DNA of 64,000 nucleotides from Stylophora pistillata (Eukaryota). Shown piece after piece: positions 34,701 through 49,100 of this stretch. A model generated the notes under the pieces. The model searched no databases. It had not been told where the DNA came from and saw only the letters and a list, made by a program, of their open reading frames with translations. The translations under genes and the position numbers were made by a program. Within the stretch, counting starts at the first letter, position 1. Each line of letters begins with the position of its first letter. The stretch is from NCBI RefSeq assembly GCF_002571385.2, contig NW_019217945.1, positions 419,090 to 483,089 on the forward strand, in the 5' to 3' direction.

Positions 34701-37700
34701 TTTTAACTGATGGTTATTGGAGGAATGGAGCTCACCCAGTAGGAAAGATCTTTCTATCTACAGTATATTCGATGATCAAGCCTTGAATGGCATTTTTCAT
34801 GGGACAATCTGGTCTGTTTTGCATGTTGACACCATTTCCTTAAAGAGTGAAAAGAAATAACTGTTTTATTCTTTCTGCTGTCTATTCACATTGTCTCTGC
34901 CATTACTGTTGCTTGTGTTAACTTTTGCTTAAACGCATTATTTTTCGCCACCAGATATATCTACACTGCTCAATATATTCTGAAACAAAGGTGATTGGTT
35001 CCTGGTGACAATTATTGGTGAGCGTTTTTTACTGTTAAGTTCAGGCAAGGTTTCGTCTTTATCTGTTCCTACCAACGAATAAAAACGGTGAGTTTACCTG
35101 TGGATTTCGAGCATGGTTATGAATGGAAATTTTCTTTCTTGAAATTGAATTTCTCATCTAATATTTTTGGTGATTTTTTTCACTAAAGCAAAAATGATGA
35201 AGGTGCACTTCTATTTTCACTTTTGTTGTTGCGGGCTTCTCTTACAGATCGCTGGTGAATAATAAAATATAAACAAAGCGCGTTGTGTGTGAGATGCTTC
35301 CAACTGTGCCTCTGTACGACGCTTCACGCAATAAATGAGTTATTCAGTCATGCGCTCGACCCAAACCCAGAGCATTCCTCCTACTGCGCATGCCTATGCG
35401 GAGTATTGTGGCCAGCGATGGTCAACCATTGTTTATAAGCATATCATGTGCCTACTGTTTCGCTGTCGCTGAACAAACATATGGGATTTTATGATGGCAG
35501 AAGTCAGCTTTGTATAGAATATTTAATGTAAGTTTTTTAATCAGATTTATGATGGTTACTTCTGCTAAGCTATAAATCAATGGGTGCAATGAGCAAAAAA
35601 CTGCGAGGAAATAACTGAACAAGAACGAATGGCCATGGTTCGTATCAATTTTCGTATTTCGTGAGAGTGAGACGTTTGTGTCAGCAGAGGCGCTCTGCTT
35701 TGTTCGTTATAAACCACAGGTTTTCCGTTTGTCCATAAAGGAATCAGGAGAAGTTGTGTTTGTGAAAAATAAGATCAACTGCAGCGAAGGCATGCCAGGT
35801 TAACAAACAATGCATGTTTTGCTAACCATAGAAAAGAGGAAATGAAGTCACCTTGGTCAATGGCTGAATAACCCTATCTGAGGGGTTTGATAAACTGTGC
35901 GACTAAACCATGACAAGAAGAAAGTTTTCAAAAACTTAAATCAACAAAGAAAGAGCCCATGTCAACATAGAAATCAAATTGATCAATAATTTACAACGAG
36001 CTTTCTCAGGCTCTTTGAAGAGCAAAAAAGGAATAAAAACTGGAAAGAGTAGTGTATCAGCGAAAATAACAACAGCTGAGAGTTAATTGAAATGAAAACA
36101 ACAAATTATTAGAAGTATTCTATTTCGAATGGCCCTGGTTAAACGTTTTCAAAAATGAAATCATAAGTACCTGTAAAAGAAATTCAGTTTACATACTTTT
36201 ACTTGTCAGTATTTACTTGTAATGCGGTTAACAATACACGATGGTTACTTTTATCATTGCGTGCAGTCCTTGTCTGATACCCTTGACTCTTGTTTCACAC
36301 TTAAGCACGTAAAAGATTTAAGGAAACATGCCAATAACACCAGAGCGAATACCGCCCCTAGCGATTCAAATGGGGATAACCCGCAAGGTGAAGGAATATT
36401 TGCATGGAAAACGAAAGAGTCGAGCCACGGAATTGCGACTCGTTAAAAATTCTTAACTTGTTGCTTGTGCGTTGTGAAGGGACATAAGAAGATAAAAAGC
36501 GAAAGAATGCTCAGAACCAATTACACAAATCCCACAGTTACCATTCGAGACGAGTAAACAGGGAACGTCTAAATAACACGACCTCGCCCCAGTTTACGTA
36601 AGAATTTTCCAGCTATGTGGCTTAAATACACATTTCTCTCTAAGAAATTGCCAAGACGAATTAATTATATCGTTAAGTTTCCGGGAACTAACGCCCAACT
36701 TTCAACTTCAAAGAGTTTCGCGACAGTCGAAAGAAACCCGAGTGCCTCACGATATCAAACCATTTAATACATTGATTTAGTTCAGAAGTTGCCTATTTCA
36801 CGTCTAATTTTACACGGAAAAACCCAAAATTCCCTATTTTTTAGATTCTTAAAAATACAGAAGCTGAATAATATTTCGAAATAAGATTGAAATTGCCGAC
36901 AAGCTGTTTTATTCTTCTTCAGCTCAACGCAGGTCATAAAAATTGTGGTGGTCTTCACTTTACCTGTGGAAAACTTATTTTTACTTTCACTTAACACTTC
37001 CATTTACTAATAAAATATTTTACCATCTCTTATCAACAATGGCATGTTGCAAATACTAAACAAGCTTAACTTACTCGAATACTCATTCTTCTCTATAAAA
37101 GCCGTTGTGAATAAATAAAAAGCTTGACTGATTTACCCGAATCCTCATGCTTTCATTTCCACGTCAGAAGAATTCAACGGTTGAGCCCTGCTTTTTTACT
37201 AAGGAAATCACTCGTCTTAAGAATATTAAAAACTTTATTCGAGTACAAAATTCATTAGCTAAATAACTTGCGTCTAACTTTAAAATTTTAGGGGGACAGA
37301 GAGTAAAAAAGCCATCTATATAACGAAGACAAAGAATTGATTTCTTCCATTTAAATAATCAATAGAACGAGGCAGTGAAACTCAGCAAATTCTATGGAAC
37401 ATTACACAAGTTATTGATTTTTTTATCGAAAACGAAAGTTAACAGTAAAAGGTAACAATTATAATTATAATACGCAAAAGTTACCACCATAATAGAAAAT
37501 ATGATTCATGAAGTTAAAATGTATCGATCCACCTTTGGTGAACTTTCACCAACCTAAGTTGTTGCCTCGTCCATTTTACCCGGAGTCCATCTAAATCTGT
37601 ATCAACAAGTATACCAATGGATTTTTTCTCATATTTTGACATCAAGAATCGAGGAAACAAAATGATGCTAAAGTGACAAAATTTTGTCGACTGTTGTGAA

Positions 37701-38989
37701 GCAAAAAACAGGATATTTTGTCTACAATATCCAATTCTGTCTTGTTTCGTATTTCATTTCAGAATAAGTGGTCAGAGATTGACTAGCGTGGGTTGACAGT
37801 TGAAAACAACTTCGAAGAACGACATGTTTTTTTTAAATAAAGGCACATTGACAAGGCGAGATCTTCTTGGAGTATCCTGGAGTTTTATTGTCTTTTCTGA
37901 AACTCTTTATTAACTTGATTAAATTGGTTGATTAGGGCAGAGCTTTTAAGGCTAAAAAGAAGACAACTACTAGTTCTGCTAATAAAGAAGCACAACATAA
38001 GCAGCACCGCGTTGAAACCTCAGAGAAACCGCAAATGAACGTTTCATAAAGTTATCTCAACAGATTCAATTCAATCGGATGTCATGGTTTTCTTCTCAAA
38101 CGAAGCTTTGTTCCAAGTTAAAATAAAAACTGCCCAATATAGCGAAAAGTTTTTCCTGTATCCTGGTTAAATTCTGTCATCTTATAGGTTCATGACAGAT
38201 TTCACACCACAGTACTGCTAAAAGGGGATGATGATTTATTAAGCCTTTAACGATGTGTAATTATTTAACAAAACATGCACTGTTTAAACAACACTTTTAG
38301 GGGAAATCCTTACATAAAATCATTGTTTTTATTATGAAATATGACTGCCTATTACAATAACACCGTGAGGTTGGAAAGCTAACTTCAAAACAAGCAATCA
38401 TGCCTCAACATGCTTAGGTAGAAGTATCAGAGTGCTCTTCAGTGAAGCGAGCAAATGGCCGCTCGCGTTCTACACAGATACAAAGCGAGTTCAAATCATA
38501 TACCTTTTTATAATTTAGGATTGGTCAGAATACATGTTTTTAATTACAAAGTAAAGGATTTCAAGGCGCCCTTTTTCAAAGGTGAAATTTGCTGATGTGC
38601 CTTATTAGCAGCAAACGAATCGATCTCATGACCTTCACACTATAGCAGCCTACGTTTTTATTATAATCCGCTGTTGTTTTGTTTCAAATTGTCTGGGAAT
38701 ATGGAGTGTAGCGCACAGGCTAATCTACAGCGCAAGACTTTGTTACGTTACAGGGCTAAATAGCCAGTTAGGAAGCTCAAATTAAAAGCGGCAACCTTGG
38801 CTTGCCCTCCATTTATGAAACTATAGAGTTTGTAATTGGCTTTATTGAGTATTTAAAAAAGAACTTACCACACGGCGGAGGAGCCATTTGACTGAAGAAA
38901 TCGATATTCGGTGCAGGATGACTCAATCCGTGGCTTCCCACTGAATACGGAGGCACATGTCCTCCGACATGACCAAAATAGCCCGCCAT
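29197..38989 (-). CDS. otx: Orthodenticle/Otx homeobox protein, paralog 1 (225 aa)
   Basis: Exons 38989-38869, 34093-33942 and 29601-29197; GT-AG, phases 1 and 0, 678 nt. [18 protein letters not shown]...[49 protein letters not shown]|[12 protein letters not shown] (K50, diagnostic Otx homeodomain), followed by a Pro/Ser-rich tail. Confidence 0.96.
29693..30147 (+). mobile_element. Two adjacent degenerate MITE-like fragments (family C-related) in Otx intron 2
   Basis: 29693-29872 shares sequence with 19560-19690. 29941-30147 has caacccccaagactga... / ...ttggggcgtgaag inverted-like ends. Confidence 0.45.
31764..31796 (+). repeat. Poly(A) tract
   Basis: Run of more than 30 A. Confidence 0.9.
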
Positions 38990-41900
38990 TTTGTCACAAT
39001 CGACAATCCACTGAGAAGAGAAAAAAACAGACAACGCTTGTGGTTATAAAATTACTGTCATTTATGTTCTGGTCTATAACACTGTTACCACCAACTGAGA
39101 GTAGCTGTCAGGAGTCACTGTACAAAGGAATGCATTCAATTAAGTGGTCCCTGTTTCTATTCAAAGTATATATAGCCTTGAATTACTGGGAGTCAAATAA
39201 TCAACACGCCCATGTGATACGGAGCCCCCGATAGCATCAAAATAAATTTATGTCTGGTTCCGTTGTTTTTGTAAGTGCTCACTCAGCTATGAACATTTCG
39301 CTTTGGTTTGTGAGTTTTTTTGTTTACGAGGACAATGGAGTTCTTTGAGAAGATATGTTCTATTCAATAGTCATTGTTCGGTCTTTGTGTGTGGTATGGG
39401 TCTTATTCTATCTGCTGTATATCGGCGTCGACGCTTAGGAGCACTGAGCGAGCAGACATGGATCTTATCACAGCGACCAGGTGACATTGATTTATACACT
39501 AAAGGCCAATATCTGGTGTTGTCTATCTTCGCGGTCAGGGTGTTTAAGTGCTGTCGAACCGAGTCACATGGTGATTTAAAAGATACGTGTTAAGCTTGAG
39601 GTGTCAAGTTAAAGTTTTCCTTTTCAGTTGTTTGCTTCTTTTGAGGTAGCTTACGATTGCTTGATGTGAATGACTATTAAAGTTGACCGGTGACAGAGAT
39701 GGAGTGACGGCCCCGAACAGGCTAAACATGCACTGTAACCTACACCACAAAAGTCGTGTTTTCAATCAACTAATTGGGGGGGCGGACTTCGTTTCGTTTA
39801 GAGCAATAAGCAAATTACTACTGTCATCGGGCATAGCTGTCATGCTTGATTGTGGCTTTCAAAGATTCCATGTTTCTACCACATTTATTTAATGGTATCG
39901 TGCGTTTTCCTTTCACGCGTTAATTTCTCTTCCCCCCCTTTTGGCAAGCTTCGTAATTATCCGCACAAATCGTCTCAAGATTTATTTCTTGAGAAAATCA
40001 ATTTTTTTATGAAGCATATTTATAATCATGATAGGAAATGAATATCGTGGACAATTTAAAGGTGACTGCGATCAGACAAAACCCTACGTGAATTCTTCCG
40101 TTGCTCATGTTTCGACACGATTTTTCTCTCTCTTGATATATTGCTCTCATCATTCCTTCATCAAGGGACAGAACTGTCATTCAAAATTGATAGATGCTGT
40201 ACATTTGTGTTTGGGATTTTTCACGAAACGGGCTGCTGCACATCAAACAGTGAATCTTTACTGAAACCAAGATAGACCACCGTCGATCGATACATATAAA
40301 TTTTTCCAATGTGAATCTTCGCTCGTAAATGGTGTATTCTTTCTGGTTGTTTTTGCATTTGCTTTATGAATTGGGATTAAATTTTCTGGGATTATTATGT
40401 CTACATTTCTATTCACATTAAAATTATTATCTGAAGGATAAAGTTTGTAAAGTCCATTGAGATTTACCTTTATCTACATGGTCTCATTTCCGCTACAATT
40501 TGGGATTTAAGAGTGTTGGCTTTTTTTTCGGTAAATCGTGCTTTTTTCAGAGTGGTCAAATGTAATAGAACATTTAAGTTCCCATGCCTTTGATGCTTAA
40601 ACAATAAAATTTCAGCTTCATGTTTTTTTCAATTTTCATACGCTTTGTTCAGAATTGTATATCAGAAAGATTCGCATGACATCATGTACAAATTATTTTT
40701 GGACTGTATCCTTTCGAAATGATCTTTACCTGTTGTGATTTAAAATAACGAAAAGGTTGTAAAAGTGAATCAAAGTTTGGAGGACTCTAATGATTTCTTG
40801 TCTCGCAATCTTGACAAAGGAATAACATCTTTGCTTGCAACTTTATCTTCGCATTCACAAATCATTGCTGCATCCAAATTTCTTCAGTTTCTCTTAAATT
40901 CGGGTTAGATATGTTCTTCATACCTGTATCCTTATTAAGGTTAGCTTCAAGTGAACTACTGTGCTCCCGCAAACTCTGTAAGTGTTCTGCAACACGATAT
41001 TTCACGTTTCATACCTTTAACACTGTCGTGTCCTCATTTCAAGAGCACGCAAACTGTTTCCTGATACGCAATTAACCAGCAGGAATTTTCTTGTTTAATT
41101 TTGGAAAGTAATATTGCACTTTTATAAATCCATCAGAAGAAAAGGAAATAACAGGAGGTAGGGTTACCTTCCTCCTTAAACAATTTCACGAAGAAATTCA
41201 GGTTTCCAGGAGCATCATAAAATATGTGTCGAGTCAGCAAGAGTAGCGGTCCGAATTTTCGCAAAATTAGGCTTGTTTAATGAAGTTTTATGGAATGAAA
41301 ATATAGGCGTCAACTGAAACACATCACGCATCCAAACAACACAGTTATATTGTGACACGGAATGAACGCACGTAAGACAATTTTGCGCCATCAAATGTAC
41401 ATGACGAATATCACACCAGTGGCAAATAAATCGTACGATAAAGAGACGAAGAGTGAACTGTCTTTTGCTAGAGCTACATGAAGAAGATTGCTTCTAGCTC
41501 GGCACCTGTAATGCAGCACACGCTACTCCCTTCTTTCTGTTGAAATTGACCCTCGAAGAAACTTTGATATTTATATAGGGCTCGAGCTTTTTTTTAACGT
41601 CAATGAGGAAGAGGTTTTCATATATATTTACAGTAGTCTTTCACCACTTTACACGCTTGCTGTATACATGTACGCTGTACACATTTGCGCTACTTTTAAT
41701 AAAACGTTGAAAGATAATTGAAAACGTATACATAATTGATCTTGGTTTGTTATAACATTTACAAGCCTTAGTAAGTGGTAAATTTAAAATTAGCCACAGT
41801 AACGCACGATGAAGAATATGCAGTAATTAACAGTGCTGAAATAACTAAAAAAAAGTATCGCCGCAAACAGAATGTGAATACGATCCTTCAGTTTACAGAA

Positions 41901-43128
41901 AAATGCTCTTCTAAAATTTGCTTGGCGGAGGCAACTAATAAAACATCTAGGAAAGAGGATTTTGTTTCCAATGATGTGCGTTTTAGCTTTCATTACTTCA
42001 AGAAATGTTGTTATGTCATTGGCTTTAGTTTACGCAATAAAATTCAATATATTTCCACAACCATGAAGAATTACTCTCAAAAGTGGATACGAGAGTAAAG
42101 CTGCATTTCAACTTCGCTTTCCGTGTCCTTTTAAGTTTTTAAGTCAGGTGTGAATGCTTTGTTTCAAGAGAAGATCTTCATGGAGATAAGGGATGTATGT
42201 AACTTGTGTGGTGAGATTATCAAGGCCTCTGATTTACAAAGGTCACCATGCAAAGCTCGCATCTCTCTTAAAAGAAAAAATTGACTTGTTTTGTGTCTGC
42301 GGTTTCTAAGCTATCGATCTTAGTTAAAAAGGGACACATCCGCATGGTTTATTTTATCTTCCACAGACCCAAAATAACAGTATGCTTGGATGTATTGAAA
42401 CTACTGAGAACTGCTCGAGTTCAAAGGCAACTTTGTTACACACTTAACTGACGTTATTGAACAACCATCTCAAAAAATCAAGCTTGAAAAACACGTAATG
42501 TAAAGGTTAAATTAACTTTGCAAACTTCACGAAAGTTTGGGTAAAAAATTCTCCAGCAATCACCACCTGTCTCATAAAATATTTGACATTCCCACAAACA
42601 TTCTCAAGCTGGAAAATTATCCGCCAAATTCATCAGTTTCTGGCAGAACCTTCCTTGGAGTCTAAAGAGCATTTACATACGATTTTTCTGTGAATTTCAA
42701 ACTGATATCTGCAGATCTTGTAATTCAGTGTCGAAGCTGCTTTGAGGGGGGATGATAAACATGAAGACAGCTCATAAAGTTTCCTCATGCTGTGATGGCA
42801 TAGGGCGTTACCGAAGACGCATTGTATCTCAATGCAACCTTTCAAGTTCCTAAAGGAAGTCCACAACAACCTTCTATCTAATCTTTTTATGTGGTTTCCT
42901 GAAGATGCACTAACTCAGCCATGCACTCATCTCGAAATGAAAGTCACGAAGTCTAGAAAAATCGAAACGTCTGCAAACAAGGTGGCCTCTTTCCACTAAG
43001 TCCATACTTCAGATAAGAAAATTAACCATGAGTACGTCTCTACCGCAGAAACTTCAAGACCTATTTGAGGGAGGGATAAAATTTGATTTGGGAAACAAAA
43101 TCAGTTTAGGCAAAACTGCTTGATCTAC

Positions 43129-43189
43129 CAAATTGTGGCATTCAAATTGTGGCATTCAAATTGTGGCATTCAAATTGTGGCATTCAAAT
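43129..43189 (+). repeat. 14-bp minisatellite (caaattgtggcatt) x4.3
   Basis: Four perfect tandem copies plus caaat. Confidence 0.95.
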
Positions 43190-46100
43190 GAGTCCTCCAG
43201 TTTAGAGAATCCTCGCTCCATAGAGTTTTAGTCATATTTCTAGTTTGAAGATATTTGTCTGCTTTCAAATAAAACCTGCGTCAAAATAAAGTGGAAAAAA
43301 TAGTTTTAATTGATCGTTGAAAGAAACTCGCCCTTGCGTCCCTTGGAATTTGCTTTGCACAATTGTTCTGCTGTTCTTGGTTTATGGACTGCGACGTTAA
43401 GTGTCTAACCATGAGATTAATTTACCCCCAACTTAACGTGGGTGTCGCGCCATTCAATTTTGAAATTGGTTCCTTCGTTGGACTGAGTCTCAGCTGATAA
43501 AGAAATTCATACAAAAATAACTCTTTTGGTCGTGCGCAAAAGAAGCTGTTTTTACATCTGAAAGGATTAGTTTCTTCCTTTAATTCTCCGTGCATCGTTT
43601 TAAAAACAAAGCAATGCGTATCCAACGCAGTTAGTCAGAGATTCAAAATAAAGTAATATTGATGCAAATTTTCTTCGTTACACCAAAGGTTAATTTATTT
43701 TAACGCCCACCATTTGTAATGATAAATGATTTCGTTTGAAGCGCGGAAAATACGAGGATTTAATTTGCACGATTTCGTACCTTTCGTCACGATAGCGAGA
43801 GAGTCAAGTCAGATCCATTCATCGTTGGGTAATAATAATCTCTGTTTACCAGTTCCATGATTAGATTTCTACACTGGCAGATGTTACTAACACTTAGCTA
43901 ACATTTTGTATCGAGGAAAAAAAAATGACTGCTCCATCGAAAACCATCACAAGGACTTAAAGCACACAATGTACACCATCATCCAAGAGAAATTCGTTTG
44001 GTAAAGGACTAAAGCACGCCTTTGTTGTCCTGAAAGTCAACAATTCCTACTTTGTTGATGAAGGAAGTACTCTGTAAGCCCATTTATCTATCTAACTGAC
44101 TACTGATTGAAAAAATCCCAACATAACTTAAAAATGGAAAAAGAATCGCTGAGAATTAGAATTTACAACAAAATTCTGTATTCCGTGTCAAAATGAAATC
44201 TATCTACAAAATTGTCAGAGTGCTTTCACAGTCCTCTTGACACTAGGCAGGCGTGGGGGAGCAGCCAGCAATAGTGTTGGTGGAATGGACGACTATCAAA
44301 CGTCTCTTTAGAACTTCTCTGGCTCGCTAGTTAAAAGAAAGAGACTGTTAGATAAATTACTAGCACATTTTGGACTGGGTATAAAACTGATGGAATGTAG
44401 TTGCGTAACTCGAGTCAGACAATACCAAGATGTTCTAGTGCCTGTCTATGAAACGACAAGTTAAACGAAGACATTTGCCATCTGTAGTTCTGAGAGAAGT
44501 TGAATAAACTATTCTTTTGTCCCCTGGTTATTTTCATGAAACAAAATTATTGATTGTGTTCAATGAAGCCGTTGCGAATTTTGACGACTGAAGTTGAGAT
44601 ATGAAATGTTAATTAACTCAAAGAACGAATTTGATTTTTGGACGCGTTATGTTCAACCAACCGCTATTTACACTGGAGCTAACTTAAAATATTTCACGCA
44701 TTAAACGAATCCCACAGGAAAAATCAAATAGAAGAGTGAACGGAAAAGCGGTTTGGTCTCCCGCCCGTGCTACGTCTAAAGGAAAACACGCATGGACCCA
44801 ATTCGTTGTCTTGGTGCACCGCAGATGAACACAACAACATCCTCCCCAAGAGCGTGCATTCGCTATCCTACCACGCATCAACAAAACTAAACGTCGTGTT
44901 TTTTACATATATGTTCTTTCTATCTTTTTAGTTGTCGTCGTTAATATATTTCGATAGTTATCGCTTTGATACATGGGTGAAATTACTATAAACGAGAATA
45001 AAATATGACCGGAATGAACGAGCCTCGTGTTTTGAAACTAGACCAGCAGCATGAAAGTTTCCGGCTTCCTGTTAACTCTCCTTGGAGGATGATTCAAAAG
45101 AATACAGCAATCCAGTAGTCAAATCGACGGGAGAGGAGGGTAAAAAAATATTTCCACATTCGTCTCCGCGTTTCTTATCACGAATTCTAACCATGAATGC
45201 TGTAAGAAAATCGTTAAGGACATAGAACAGAGCAGAATTCGAAGCTTTGACGGAATGGAAGCGATATATTTTGACGAATTTTCCGTGGTGGTATCTCGAT
45301 AGGGACGAAGTAATTTCACATTGGGAGATCGAAATGATGACCACGAGATTTGTCGTGATTCTGTAAATCTAATGCCCGTTGTCGATCCTATTAGCAGTTT
45401 CAATGCATTAAGGTGTTGGATTTTGTTCCAAAAATGTTTGTGTGAATGCAAGGCATTGAAGCTTATCAAAACATTAATTTAATATAGCGAATGGTTTGAC
45501 AACTTAGCTCAGTACCAACAGAGCTCTTTCTGTAGAATACTGAATTGACTCTGCGCTGTTGGATGGTTTGAGTCGGATCTATGGACGCGATTGTGTCGCG
45601 CTGTTCTTGTACAAACACAGACCCTGCTAAAATTGAAGCCTTCTAAATACTAGATTTACCTCTGACATTTACTATCAATTAATTGAATAGCAGTTAAGTC
45701 TCTGTAAATAAGCAATTATCTACACAGATTCGATCCTGCCGATCTGACACTTTCACTGCATCATGCAAACTGAACATCGCACTTTTTACTGTAAAAATCT
45801 GCCAATTTTGTTTTGCCTGGCTCAATATAAGTGTATATGCGCTCTCGAATAGTAATTAAGAAACCCTTTAGCAACGATATAATGAATCAATATTCTCCAT
45901 CTCAACACCATTTGAGCGACGAACGAGTGCTTTTAGCCAAGCTAAACAACAATCTCAATAACATTGCGTTAGAGTCGTATGGGAAATAATTTCATCATAA
46001 TTATTCATTGCCTTTGGTTAAGACACGCGATTCGTAAAATCTTTAATTTCAATTTAACTGATGGACCGTTTAAGAAACTATTTGAGCGTATTATACGAAC

Positions 46101-49100
46101 CTTTTCCTGTAGAGAGGAGAGAGCTGAATTTCCTTCTTGAAGAACCTTGAAGCTTAAGATGACAGTTAAGGTAATTCCCTCTGACAACCAGCAAACTTTG
46201 AGTCTGAGATGCCCTAAGTAGCTGAAAAAAATTCGAAAATAACAAGGCGTATAACTTCAAATTTCGTTCGCACACAACTCGTGGTCAGTTTACAGTGGTC
46301 AGCAAATCCTGTTTGCTGTCGCTTGATGACTTTGCCGGTTGCGTGCGGTGAAGTGTCAATTGAGTGACAACCAAGAGCGAGCCAGAAACACGCATTTACC
46401 TTATATGTAAACTCCACGCAGCAGTAGGGTGATTTTGTTGCAGCGCGCGAGAAGCGCAGTATTGCGTTCGGGCTCACGCATCCAAAATACTGAAAGCTTT
46501 GTAGATCGTCATTAGAGCGAACAAAGGAAAACTTCAAATGCAATTGTCCAAGGTGCGAGCCACGATTTCAAGCAGCTGGTCTCAGCGCTCTGTTGCTTAA
46601 TTGAGTTAATTTCGATTCAGCGCAGTTCATTTTGAATATATGGGGCAGAGAAAAATATTCATTGCTGATCTTTTGTTCCTAAATGGCGGTTCGGTCTCAT
46701 TTCGGCCGTCTGTAAAGCGACAAGAAAAGAACAAATTAAATCACTGATTAGTTTATTGCATAATTTGCATCAAAAAGCCTTCGACTCTTCTTGCTTCTTC
46801 TAATATCTTTCGCATCCTCTTTCCGGTTAACGCGGCCTTTTTTATTTACGTATTTTGACTGTTCTTTACGAATACTCGTTATGTCGAGGACTGAAATGCA
46901 GTTGGGGAAAATTTTCCACTATGATCTTTTCTCGTTTTGAGGCCGACGCACTCGCGGTCTCCTACTTTCTAACCATTGCGTTACGTTCTGTGTCACAGCG
47001 AAACTGAGCGTCCACCACACAGTTCAGTTTAATCACTTGGGCTTAATGTAAATTTTTCCTAAACGCGCGCTTTCCAACAAAGCCACCGCCGAGATTGGAG
47101 CGAGGATATTAACAATTATTACTGAAACAATATCCCTTCAATCTAAATACTGTACGCGGTTGTTGGGTACTTAGAGGGAAAATTAAGCGATCGCTTTTAT
47201 TTTTTCATGCTACTAATTAAATTAAAACTTTAATAAAATTGTTGCTATTGACACCAAGAAGATATAATTGCGGATTTGATTACCGCAATAAAAGCGAAAT
47301 TATGTCGGCAAATGAGTTTCCCTTAACAATAAAAAGCTTGCCGAAGGTATCTGAATGTTTTGCCATCTGTACAAGGAACTTGATTATGAGTTTTCTTAGG
47401 AAATGGAGTGTTCTTCTACTTGTCCCTTTAGAATTAACTCCTTCGTCTAGAAAGCCTTTTGTGAGTTAACAGAGAGATCAAACTGACTTATTTCTAATCC
47501 GTTTGAACGAGTTTCGAGGTTTGAGGAGACCTGCAATTTTGCCGTATGATAGTTTAACTAAACATTTTCAAAGCAAAACAGTCATTTCCCGTTCGGGGCA
47601 ATCATGTTTTAGACGTCACTTTAAACAATTTCACTCCAGCGTGTTGATTTGCGGCGTATTCAAACGTCTCCTAAATGTTCCCCGGGTTTAAACTGATCAC
47701 AGTTTTCGCACGGGAGATAAAAATGGATCACTTAATTACTTTAACCCGTTTTAAATTGCTTTTCACAGGCTATTTTACCCCTGAAATTTTAACTTTTAGT
47801 TTCTAACTACAACCGAATACATGTTTGCACCTTTTATTTATTTTTCGGCTTTTAGACTAATGTTGAAATATCTTTCCCGCTGAAAACTAAATAGCGTTCA
47901 GAAAAATGCCACTAAAGACTAAAAAAATTGAGTCGAATTTTCAAACACAAATATAACAGCTCAGCGACTTCAGTTCTTTTTGCCTATAGCATAAAAATCT
48001 CCTTTCAAACCTCGTGATCAATATAAAGGGTCAAACACTCGATCTTTTCCACTCCATGGACAATATATTTTAGTTTTGGGAATATTGAATCAATGACAAA
48101 TCGATTATCAAATTTGTTTGCTCTATATAGTTCCTTTACCGTTTTTTAAAGAAATACCAAAATTCAAAGGGGTGTTTTGACCTTTTCTTAGTGCCTTTTA
48201 CAGCTGCTGTTTTGCGAAGGTGTTTTGCATGAAACGTCAAAGTTCACTTGCAAACCCCTAAGAACCGACCATAACTTCATTGATTTCTCAGTTCTTGCAT
48301 ATTTAAAGTGAAAGTAAAATATCTTGTAATCCGACCAAACAATCCGCTTTTTTGTTTATCTTAAAAGCATTGCCATTTAGCGATTCACGGCGTATTCTTC
48401 TAAAGCAGATCAAATATGTATCCCGTTTCAAAAACAATTTAACGGTGTAGCAGTTTGTCGGAATGTCAAATTCTGCCGAGTCAAAGTTTACGCAACTGCC
48501 GTTTAGCTGTTTACTTTTAAACAACAAACCAACACGCTTGTGTCTGTGGAAGAGTAATCCGAGCGAACTTAAGCAACGATAAACTAAGCGCTTTATTTCG
48601 TCTTAAGACAGTGTAAAATAAATACACCTTTTCTTTAGCGTTGGACCTTGCCATCATGTTTCTTTGAGATTTTGGGTACGCGACTTGGGGTAAATCAAGG
48701 TTTTCCGACTCGCCTTGTGCAGCAAGTACTGCTTAAGAACGTTGTCACAGTTGTGATTCGCTGGTGCGAGAAACCAAAGAGATTGTTTCTACAGGTGTAT
48801 TTTATTTGATGCTTACACGCTTGATAATAAGATTATACGCCCCTGAGCCGACAATTATAAAATACAGAAGAGACAGAAAACACGCGAGTAACGACAAGGG
48901 CTTGTATTTCTAATGTTGTCCCTTCAATATAGATAGAGTCTATATTTCAAGTCATGCCAATTTTACAAAAATTTAATTACAAAGTTATACTCCACTCGAC
49001 TCCGAAGCTGAATTCAAAAAGGACCTCCTATATGTCAAAACCTCGCACCGTCTCCGGTTTTGAATAACCTGGGGTTACTCTCCATATAAACGGGTGGCAA

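Noticed and set aside
42600-42960. Possible decayed coding or transposase fragment
   Set aside because: No recognisable motifs in the frames I translated.
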